Shown here in pieces: positions 53,487 to 64,000 of a stretch of 64,000 nucleotides of DNA. The notes beneath the pieces were generated by a model. That model searched no databases, had not been told where the DNA came from, and saw only the letters and a program-made list of their open reading frames with translations. The stretch is taken from positions 25,360,051 through 25,424,050 of the forward strand of contig CM119264.1 in the NCBI GenBank assembly GCA_051294375.1. Direction: 5' to 3'. The position numbers and the translations under genes were made by a program. Origin of the DNA: Paraspadella gotoi (Eukaryota; Animalia; Chaetognatha). Position 1 is the stretch's first letter, and each line of letters starts with the position of its first letter.

Positions 53487-54492
53487 TTTTTTTTAACTTC
53501 CATCTTTTTTTTCAATTTGGAACATTTTTACTACTCGAATCATTTTTTCAACTTACATCATTTTTTAACTTGCATCATTTTTTTAACTTGCGTCATTTTT
53601 TACAACTTACATCATTTTTTAACTTCCATAATTTTTTAACTTAAATACTTTTTTTTCAAATTTCATCATTTTTTCACTTTAATTAATTAATTATTCAACT
53701 AATTAATTAAAACGTTTATGAGTAAACATAAATAATGAAATTCAAGTCAACTTGACTTTAGTTTTTTCCATGAAAACTCATTTACACTCGCACGATCATC
53801 CAATTAAGATTAATTTGAGTAAAAAGGGGGTTAAAATTAGTAAAAATATTTTAGTAAATGTGACTTATGTTTTTTTCAATTTTAACTCATTTCCATTCCA
53901 ATGATTCCATCAAAACTTAATTTCCAGCTTAATCACACACTTTCCTAACCTGATACAAAATTTCGAGTCAATTGCCTCATCCACTCATGAGTAATTGGCG
54001 TTCAAATAGTGAAATAGATTTTGTAATTTTTTCCATTTTATCTTATTTCCACTCGCACGATTCCAGAGAAACTTCATATCCAGCTCAATCACACACTTCC
54101 CTACGCCACACACATAATTTCATTCCAATTCATCCATTCATCACGATTAATAGGAATTTTTGGCCTCATGGGGACGGACAGACAGACGGACGGAAAGACG
54201 GACGGACAGACAGACAGAAATCATTTTTTTTGCTTAATTTATCATAATTTGGTGTTGAAATTCGAGTTGAAAAAATTATGTAAAAAAAATCAAATTATGC
54301 AAATTGAAAAAATGATGCAAGTTTAAAAAATGATGCGAGTTAAAAAATTGAGGCGAATTAAAAAATTGATGCAAGTGGAAAAAATGATGCTAGTTAAAAA
54401 AACGATGCCAGTTGAAAAAATTATGTAAGTTGAAAAAATAATGCAAGCGGAAAAAATAATGCAAGTGAAAAAATGATGCACGTTGAAAAAAT
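53487..54492. mobile_element. Fold-back-like element: inverted arms of about 17-bp minisatellite flanking a core with a (GACR)n tract
   Basis: Left arm (TTTTTTAACTTGCATCA)n at 53487-53675, right arm (TGATGCAAGTTAAAAAA)n at 54264-54492. The core has an internal duplication and GACGGACAGACAGACGGACGG at 54172-54217. Confidence 0.6.
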
Positions 54493-55786
54493 AATAATAC
54501 TTTAATAGTTAAAAAAATTTTTTGTTTGTACCCTAGTAATAGTTCAGTTTAATCCCTTACAAGCGATTTACATATATTAGCGCAGCCGCTGCTTTGGTGT
54601 GGTTTGTTATGATCATTGATCAGTTAGGATCAGAAATTGAAGGAATTATCGTGATTTATCATCTCATTAGCTGATTATCGCCTAATTATTGTAGGCAGAT
54701 TGTTTTCTCAAACGTGATTTTACCAAATTAACAAATTTTGAAAGATATAAACTGAAAAAATAAGGGAAAACCTCAATAATTACGTATCGGATTGGACTAA
54801 ACTCTTTTACCATTTCTAGCTTAATTAGTTTTTTAAAGTGATAATTTCCAATCAGCATCTGGGTTTCAATTTTTGTTGGGGTTTATATTTTCTGCTGATA
54901 TAAATTTCTTCAAAAACCACTCGGGGTATTTTAATACAGTTAATTGTGATTTCGTCTCATGCCGAGATTTATTAATATGAAATCAATCAGAAATCAGAAT
55001 GTTTTACAAAATATTCTGTCAAACTGATCATGTTTGAATACGAATGTAGCGGATAAATTTTCTCATACCCAATAAAAAATAGGAAATATGAAATATACAT
55101 AAGTCATACATCTTTTTCCTCACCAGCGACAACGAACCAATGAGCGAGGAGGTTATGCGACCACGTGATTCAGTTGAACCAATTGGAGAAGGCTCGTACG
55201 CACGGACGACTCGAAACAACGACTTTAAACGGAGCGAGGGGGAAAAAAGCCAATCGTCGTCGTCGTCGTCGTCATCGTAGTTTTGATGACGAGCCACCTC
55301 CACGACGCACTGGCGCCTGCCATGGGCGTGGCGGCCGTGTATACATCACAGACGTTGGTTCTCAGAAGGAAAAACAAAATGATTTACTATCTTTTTATCT
55401 TCACTCGGGCGAAAAAAATATCAGAAAATGAAGGAATATAGTCAAAGATTTAGGGAGAAAATTAATGTCTTAAAGAGTATATATATATGTGTTAATTATT
55501 ATTAAATTAAAGTTTGTGATCAAAAATCATCAAATATTTTGCGAACATTATCCAATCAACTAGTGAATATTGACCTCTATTTATTTTTTCTTTTTATACT
55601 AATAGCTAGCTAGTTCTGCATAGCGTTCAATCATTCCTTATTTAGGTACAAATTTTACCACGTGAAAAAAAATTCAATAAAGCCCAATATCTTAGAATTC
55701 CCATTCCTTGCAATAGAATCTATCCGTGACGGGGAATGAGAGAAAGTGAGAAAGAAAAAAAAGAAATGAGAAAGAAAGAAAGAAAA

Positions 55787-55850
<64 letters not shown>

Positions 55851-56905
55851 GGAGACAGAAATAGAAGGAAAGTGCGTCTGCCGGTGAAAATTCTTTTGGG
55901 GTTCGCGTCTCAGAGCGTGAATTCTCAAGTTACATCCTAATCTTCACCATTTGTGTCTCGCCTTTTCCGCAGTGATTAATTTCTCGGGTGGTGTCGAGTT
56001 TCTCTTTCAGATGAAGTAATAATGTACTACTATGACAATTATAACAAGAAATGTAACGTTTTAACTTCTATTTCATGAATATTTTTATAACAGTAACAGT
56101 ACTTAGTTACTTCAAAAAAACCAATGCAGGTTGATACTCAAAAATAAGTAATTCTAAATACGTAAACAGAAATATGAATTAGTTACTTACCCTCAAGGAG
56201 ATTTTATAAATAATATAATATATAATATAAATAAAAAGTACAACTTCAATCCGACATTGTTCATTTATGAACCCGAAGTTGAACTAGGGACCGCTGGTAG
56301 CATATCTTTCGTATAAATTGACGGAATCAGAAATAAAAGAGCAATCAATATATTTTTTTTCCGTTAAAATATAAAGATGCATTTTTAGGTATATATATCA
56401 TTAGAAAAACTTCAAGGTACAATTCTTTTCATTACTTCAATGTTGGGTAAAAGTTTTTTGCCAAACAGAATTCATAGAAAATGCGTTAACAATTCCACAG
56501 CTTTATTTCAATATCAAACTCATAAATTGTATTGTTAAAAAATACTGGAAAAAACAAATAAATATTCGACAAGTCTGTAAATTTATGTGGTAAACTTAAA
56601 TCCGTAGCTAAGATATTCTCTCGCTTTATGAGCAGATGAAAATATCATAGGGGTTTCAAAAGGTCATAAGTAGATACTATTTAACGGAGTATAATTTGAA
56701 CAAACAGTTCGATAAAAAGAAAACATCAATTCAAAACGATCACTGAGAATGCATGTAGATCCTAAAAAATACTGGTAGTTTAACAATCACTATAACATAT
56801 TAAAAGCCTCAGGTAGATTGCAACGTTGAAACAACTGATGACAGGATTTTCGACAGCCATATGGCGCTAACCGAGAAAAAGAAAGTAACAAACAATAAAG
56901 TCACC

Positions 56906-56970
56906 GTGCTTAACTCCAAAAGTTGAAAGTTGAGTTTATGTGCAGACGACATCAAAATGTACAAAATCGC
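56906..56970 (+). mobile_element. Tiny degenerate non-LTR reverse-transcriptase relic
   Basis: Translates ..KLSLCADDIKMYK.., one substitution (TAT>TGT) from the CR1/L2-type LYADDxKxY motif. An in-frame stop lies just upstream. Confidence 0.3.
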
Positions 56971-57153
56971 AGAAATCAGAACTTTTGAGTCGTTTATTAG
57001 CAATAGTCGACATCAAATGGCGTTGTGTCACTGTTTCGTCAAGTACATCACACCAATGTAAGATGACTAGGGTTCTCCGATCCAGGTAAACGATTTCATC
57101 ACTGTTTTTTTTTTCTCAATGAGTCCTTGTTCGTCCTTTGTTCTTTCTTTGTC

Positions 57154-59094
57154 CTAGAACATATCGCAGAGAACGGCGCAGCAGCAAAAGTACCTGATGA
57201 ATTCGCAGTCGCCGCAGGGATTGTCGCAGTCGAGGCCGTCGCCGCATTCTCCGCAGCATTCGTCCCCGCCGTCGACGTCATGCTCCTCCTCGAAGCAGGG
57301 GCAGCGCGGGCAAGGCGTCGGACAGTTCATGAAAAAGGTGGTGTCCGGAATCAGCATGGGCGAGCCGACGCTGCTGGCGCGAGAGGTTCGACGACTCGAC
57401 GCGGCCGTCTCGATATGAAGCGTCTCCTGCGAGGAGGAGGGCTGACTGTCCACCGGATGGTCGACCTTGAGGTATCCGTCCTTCTGCTTTGGCGTCTTCA
57501 GCTCAAGGTGGTCGTCGTCAGCCGCAGCGGCGGCTGAGGCGCCCGGGATTTTGAGGCGATACTCGCGGGAGATGGTCTGGATCTGAGTCTCTCGCAGAGC
57601 GTCCGCGTAAGAGGGAGGGAATTCTGAGGGTAGGTTGGGGGTAGAGGCTGGAGGGAGGCGAAATGGGATGGGTCTTAAGGTCTTAAGGAAAATGAAAAAT
57701 ACTATTCTCTAATTTAAAAAAAAAAAATTTATATAGGTAGTAACATTTTTGTAGTATTTGATGCTTGTAGAGAAGAATAGGTGATAGTGTTTGCCAAAAG
57801 TCTACGATAAAAAAAGAGTCGAATCTGTTTTTTCATGGTGAAAAAAGTATATTTTATCAATCGTTTAATTGATCTTATTTTGGAGTTTAGATAAAAAATG
57901 AAAGCATTTGATAAAATAAATAACAATTTTTTTACTAAGTTTTACAAACTTTTTTTGGCTAATATAAAACGGTAAAAAACTTTATGACGTTAAATTCAGC
58001 TGAAATATGTAGTCGGGCATTGCCTAGGTTCACCCCGCCTAGAAGCAACTACAAATATAATAAACTTTAAAATGTCTACATAAAATTGGTAAGACAGGTG
58101 TAAAAATTATTCATAAATTGAAAAAAACAAACTGGAATCTTGCTCCAAAGAGCTGGGAATTGTACTCCGCAGCAGCATCAAAATTTAAGGAACTGACTGT
58201 TTTGAAATTAGTACAATCACGATAAAAATTATCTCTTCAAATAATATGATAAGCTGCAAGCTACTAGCTATTAGTATCATAAAAAAGCTTGAAAAAAACT
58301 AAATTAAAATGGCTAACAATAATTTAATAATTTTTCAAAAACTGTTCATCAGGAATTTTTAATTTAATAATCATTTTAGTTTTAATTCCCTTTTTTGATT
58401 TAAAGCTGGAGATGCTAATTTTTATATTACAGTATTTTTTCCATTCTCTTCATATTTTCAAGAGCTTTCAGAAGATATTAATATTCATATCTTCTTATGT
58501 AAATTTTTAAAAAAATGTTTAGAAAGTTGGAAAAAGAGATTGAAGAAAAATATTGAGTTTTAAAATGAAAGATATTTTTGAAGGCAACTTTTCTCCTTAA
58601 TTACTCAAATCAAAACTAATCAATATGAAATTCGGATAAAAAAATTATTTTTTACTACAGAAAAAATCTTTCAGATTGAAAAAATCTTTACAGGTTTGCA
58701 AATGACGATTTTTTTCTAACGTGTTTCACCTTGTTTTTTAAAATTTTACCCCATTTATCATTTAAATTTTTAAATATATAATACTAACCTTTATCTAACT
58801 TTTTAATCTTTATCAGAATCCATTGTTACAAATTTAAATTTCCCCAAAAAATTTTTTAAGCATTTCCTATTTATTGTTAAATATTAATATGCTTCCATGC
58901 ATGAGGGAAATAAATTTAATCAAAATCTAACATCAATAGTCAATTTGGTTGTAAAAGGACAAAAGACTTTTATTGCATTCTGTTTAATATTGTAAAAAAA
59001 TGTTCAATTCTGGCCCGCCTTACTGCTTACTCTCTAACCTCGTCTCCACTATCGAATCCTTACCTGCGCCGCTTATTCCCGACGATTTACTCAT
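57154..59094 (-). CDS. 166-aa protein with a PPxY motif and an acidic Cys-rich C-terminal tail (CYSTM- or I-mfa-like)
   Basis: Exon 1 at 59094-59064 (MSKSSGISGA, G|gtaagg, phase 1) joins exon 2 at 57623-57154 (cctcag|AA) for 501 nt in frame. Sequence: ..EFPPSYADAL..CPTPCPRCPCFEEEHDVDGGDECCGECGDGLDCDNPCGDCEFIRYFCCCAVLCDMF*. Confidence 0.8.
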
Positions 59095-60429
59095 GTTTAT
59101 CTTTTTTTGTTTCTCGTTTGAGTTTGTCAAACGCTTTTGTTTTTCCTGTTTTCGAGTTTGATTATTCTTCGTTTTGCTTTTATTTTCCTCGTCAATGATT
59201 TTCGCTTTTTTTTCTTTTTTTTATACTTTCGACGGAAAAAGATGAATCAGCGAAACTGCGCAATTCGTCGGGTGAGGTTTTTCCGGAGAGAGCGAGCGTC
59301 GAGACCGCGCAGCGACGGAGGCGTCCCGCTGCGGCGGTACGGCGGCGGAGGAAGCGCTGCAGCATAGCGGCAACGACGGAAGAAGTGGTGGCAGTGTCAG
59401 TGAGAGAGTGGCAGTTAATGTTTTTTTTTTAAATGCTGCATCCTTTTATAATCAATTTAATCTGTTTCTTAAACTTTGTTTAAACGAGAGTTATTCACAA
59501 TGTCTACAAAATTGATACAAATGAAATTGCTACCATTAAATTGATACAACAGGACATTAATATAAATACATAGTATTTTATGGTTCTGTTCCTCAAACAA
59601 TAGGAACAAAATATTTGTTGTACTTGTTAATTATACTATCTCACAACTAATTAACGTTAGTGAATGACACTCTCTGAGTCTCCTGCTCTTCCTCTCACCT
59701 TCTCTTATTTGTAAATATTTTTTTTTCTTACCTCACCACAATTTCTCTGGCCTTGAATAATGAACCAGCTAAATGGTTTGAATGCATGGTCTAAATAAAA
59801 TTAGCACTGTATCCCAAATCGATGTTTTTCTATAACACTAAATGATTCTTTTTGTTCTCGAGAGTTCCACTCGTTGATGACACATTACAAAATGTCAATT
59901 ATTTGTTTGCTTAGTCTTGCTCATCACTTTAATTTAACTTTGTCATTTTCAACTATTTCGTTGTCTTTTTCTTCTTTTTCTCCGACGTCAGTTTCATCTT
60001 TGTCGTTTTCTTCTTCGTCTTCGTCTATGAAAAACGAAATGAATGATCGGAAAAATTGCGAGTCGGGCAAATTAGATGAGACAAAAGAAGACTTTCCTTG
60101 CATTTCGTTGCATAATCGATTCTGACTTTTTTATAATGAAGGAAAAAAGCGAGTACAGATATGTTACATTATCTAAGGGATTCTTTGCATCGAAGCCTCG
60201 GGCTGGTGAATCAGGGTTGAAACATTGCATAAACGAAAAGGGAAGTATGTCAAATGGATTGATCGTACCCGTTCCTAAAGTTACTTAAAAAGTCGGCGAC
60301 GCTTAAACCGGTGCAAAAAGTCAGGATAGCGATCGATAAGTATCAATTCACGAACGTACGGACTGCACTTGAAACAAATCGATGGAATCAAAAGCGATCT
60401 CGATCGAAAAGGAAGAAAAGGGAAAAATT

Positions 60430-60432
<3 letters not shown>

Positions 60433-60514
<82 letters not shown>
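60433..60514 (+). repeat. (GA)n microsatellite, representative of many
   Basis: Similar tracts at about 85-190, 2100-2260, 12267-12365, 34933-35070, 40823-40898, 52941-53036, 55793-55850 and 60810-60870. Confidence 0.95.
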
Positions 60515-60518
<4 letters not shown>

Positions 60519-60810
60519 AAGTGCAAAAAAAAAAAAAAAAAAACTAGGGCAGAAACGGCGAAAAAGGGAAAGAAAAAAAGAATAAGAAAAGAGGAATGAA
60601 ATGGAACCGTTGGTCCGGGTGAAAGCTAATAGTGCAAATCACATTTGCATTAAAACCGTCGTTTGCATGTGAAAGGGGAAATCTTGAAGAGCTGATGGCC
60701 GAGGCCGCGTTGGGAGGCAAGACTAACCTTTGGAGACCGCAAAGAAGAAAGAAAAGGCTTTAAAAGCAGAGGATGAAAATGGGTATAGTGGTAAGGTAGG
60801 GGATAGGGGG

Positions 60811-60872
<62 letters not shown>

Positions 60873-62076
60873 TTGTCTCAATCATGCAGTCAAGAAAGGG
60901 CCAAGGCGAATTCTGGCTTCAAGACAGCAACAAATCAGATGCAGACGAGTTGGCGACAACAACACCGAGAGCACAACAACCAGAATCCACAACCACAACT
61001 CCATCGACCGTGTCTCAGTTGACTTTTTTGCGACAGAACAATCGAATGGGAATTTGCTATCTTATATTTTGACTGACGCGTAAAGTGAGAAATACTTTTC
61101 AGTCATAAATAAAAGTAACGTTTAAGAGAAAGATTGGCAATAAACGGAAGCTAAAGATTGTAACGAGATAATTATATTCCTTTTTATTACATGTGTTTTC
61201 ATTTTTCAAGCTTCGTTTTTTTTTTAAAGAAAATTATAATTCTAAAAATAAAAAAAATACAAATTTTGAAATAAATTTGGAACATAAATACAGCGTAAAA
61301 AACTTTAAAACAATTCCGTAAAATTGATTAATCTCCAATCAAAACAGCGACGAAAAAAAACTTTCATTCATAAGACTTTTTTTCGGCCTATGATGGTATA
61401 AATAAATTTACATCTCGAGAACATTACGACTCTACAAATCAACACCATCGCATAAAAAGATGAGACCAAAGGGAATGGAGATTAAGAATCGTGCGAGAGA
61501 TAAAAAAATATTGCCTTTTCTTTCAGTCTTTCTTTTCTGCTCTTTATCCATCTGTATGCTTTTTTGTTTTGGTGACGGCATGTCAATCAGTTTGTCAGTC
61601 ACTCTGTCTGTCTGTCAGTATGTCTCTCCCTCTGCGTGAGTAGGTCGCTGTTTCTATTTGTTTCTCATTCTTTCTTTTTCCACTACGCTTTTGAAAATAA
61701 TAAGCGTTTGTTTGTTTGTAATAATCGTTTTTATTCGAATGCAACAAGATTGATTCATACCTTTTCATCTGCCTGTTTCTCTCTCTGCCTCTATGTCTCC
61801 CTCTCTTAAAAAGCAGATGACGCGTCGGAGACGTGAAAACATATTTCGGGCGTCGAACGATTTTGTGAATGTGAATGGAGGGTCGGGTTCGTGGTACTCC
61901 AAGGGTGACGCCTCCTCCTCCCAACGAATTTCGCGCAGAGAGAGAAAATAAAATAGGAAAACAAATAAAGATGAAAAGGCTAAAATAAATACAATGATGA
62001 GGATCAGACCAAGGATGAATAAATAAAACTATGTGTATTGTGTATGGAAAAGGCTTTGGGATTTGATATACAGGCG

Positions 62077-62127
<51 letters not shown>

Positions 62128-62265
62128 ACGAGGGGAAACGGAGCGTCGTTCGGCATCACCGCCTCGTGAATTCTTTACGAGAATTATGGATCATGTTTAT
62201 TTTTTTGTGTTTAATGCTCCTCAGCCTTTTCTTCTTTTCTTTCTCTCATTCGTCTTCTTTTTGTC

Positions 62266-62315
<50 letters not shown>

Positions 62316-63142
62316 TTTCTCTCTTTCTCTCCCTCTTTATTTTCTTTTCTCAGAATTCTTTTGGCATCCACTATTCCATTTGGCTTCGGCCTTTACTTTC
62401 CGAGTGACTAATGAACTTGGGGCGGCGCTTTTCCTCCTTCCTCTGTTGTGATTTTTTTTTAAATTTACTTCCTCCATCCTCTGTACTACAATATATTTTA
62501 ATTTTTAGCTCTTCTAACTACTCACTTCCTACTTCTCCGTTACGTAATATTTTTATTTCTAATCCTCCTTCTATAACTTTCTCCATTTGTTTTTTAAAAC
62601 ACAATTTCTTTTCCAATTTCTTTCTCTTTCTTCAGTTGTTTTTTAAATCTTTCTTTTTCTTACTCATTCCATTTCCATTTTCTTTATGTTAACTACATAT
62701 TTCTTTGTCTTTTTCTTTCCTCTTCGGGTGGAGGCGCTCGTTTTTAAACTTGAGTGTTCTTTTGTTTTCTTTCTTAGTTCCGCCATCTTTACACCATTTT
62801 TTCCCATTCATTTCTTTAATTTCAAAGAGAGTGCGGTGATTTTAACTGTCAAAATGTTAATGTGTCTCACAAATGGGGTTTTTTACCTATTGTAGTTGAT
62901 GATGTTGGATATTGTGATCGTTCATGATTGTAAAAGACATGGTTTTGGTTTGTCTAATTTTATTTAATTTTATCTTAACTTTCTTTTGCTTGTTTCGTTT
63001 CGTTATTTTCTGTTTTCCCTCTTCCTTTTTTTCTTTTCCATCGCCATAACACCGCGTAAGGATACGACCACGTTGAACAAAGTTTCACAAAGTATCGATA
63101 GGAGATCTAAAAATAGAATCCCTTTCTTATGAAGTCTTCTCT

Positions 63143-63174
<32 letters not shown>

Positions 63175-64000
63175 TTCTCTCACTCTCTCCCTTTTTCCCT
63201 CGTTCCACTCAACCTCCTTTCTTAGATTGGCAGGGGAGAGATTCCAGCCTCGATCAAAACAACTAATCGGGCCGAGCGCCAGCAACACTGGGCTGCTCTT
63301 CTGCCTCATTAGTCATAGGGTGATCCCTTGTAACTCGCCACTCCAAACAGTCCGCCCTTTTAGACATAATAACGGTACACCGTGTTGTATAAAAATTAGG
63401 TTTTGTTTTACTTTCATTTTATATTTTCTTTTACATTCTTAAATATTGATTAAATTTGATCAAGATTGGTCACACGATAGCTTGTTATATTCTTTTTATT
63501 AAAGTTACCATTAGGTCTCAAATGGTTACCCTGTATGTGTTTCTCCTTCAGTTTTCCTTTTCAATGTTACAGTAAAGATTATCTTTGACGTCGAGAATTT
63601 CGCTGCACTCACTGACGTCCCTATATTCATTTCCTCATCCGTTTATCATCCATCTATCAGCCAACTTCATCCGTCTTTTACTTTATTGAGTCTGTCTTCA
63701 TTTATCACTTCATACGTTCATTCGTTCATGTGATAATTCCTTCAGTCGTTCGTTCTTTTTGTTAATTAAAACATTTCTTCTTTCGTTGAACCTTATATAT
63801 ATATATATATCATAATATCTACAAAGTCATACTCAATTTAAAAATGTTCCATCAGTTCTTTTCTCGTCAGTCAGTTCATCCATCCGTTTATCCCGGCATT
63901 TTCCAGTCTAATCCATCCACCCATCCGTCGGTCTCTTGACCGACTTTTTCCGGGGTCTAATGCTTCGCCAGATTCCGCTCTCAGCCGGCGCCTCGGCGTT

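Noticed and set aside
53487-54492. CRISPR-like appearance of short repeats (also 10305-10384)
   Set aside because: Units are directly adjacent with no unique spacers, there are no cas genes, and the context is eukaryotic.

Overview
Eukaryotic, most likely invertebrate animal, draft-genome sequence: short GT-AG introns, many (GA)n microsatellites and a histone gene with a 3' stem-loop. It is not prokaryotic. Much of 1-36,300 and 46,970-51,860 consists of direct or inverted, indel-riddled second copies of neighbouring DNA, mostly next to gaps of exactly 25 N. That pattern points to raw long-read gap filling, so these duplicates are probably assembly artefacts. All genes I could reconstruct by hand are on the minus strand: (1) an IQANK1-family ankyrin/coiled-coil gene that seems to lack the IQ motif, carrying a CxHGx5Cx2C motif and a large acidic exon instead; (2) a solitary histone H1 with a canonical stem-loop; (3) a roughly 830-aa basic, disordered protein with two internal phospho-motif repeat arrays (RRxxxTPE and KRSASRQSL); (4) a highly divergent multi-pass, GPCR-like gene recoverable only as a consensus of two noisy copies; (5) a 166-aa protein with a PPxY motif and a Cys-rich tail. 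Also present are an RTE-LINE 3' remnant, a MITE-like repeat and a fold-back element with 17-bp minisatellite arms. There is no CRISPR array, rRNA or convincing tRNA, and I cannot support a multi-gene novel system. The best leads are individual orphan proteins.
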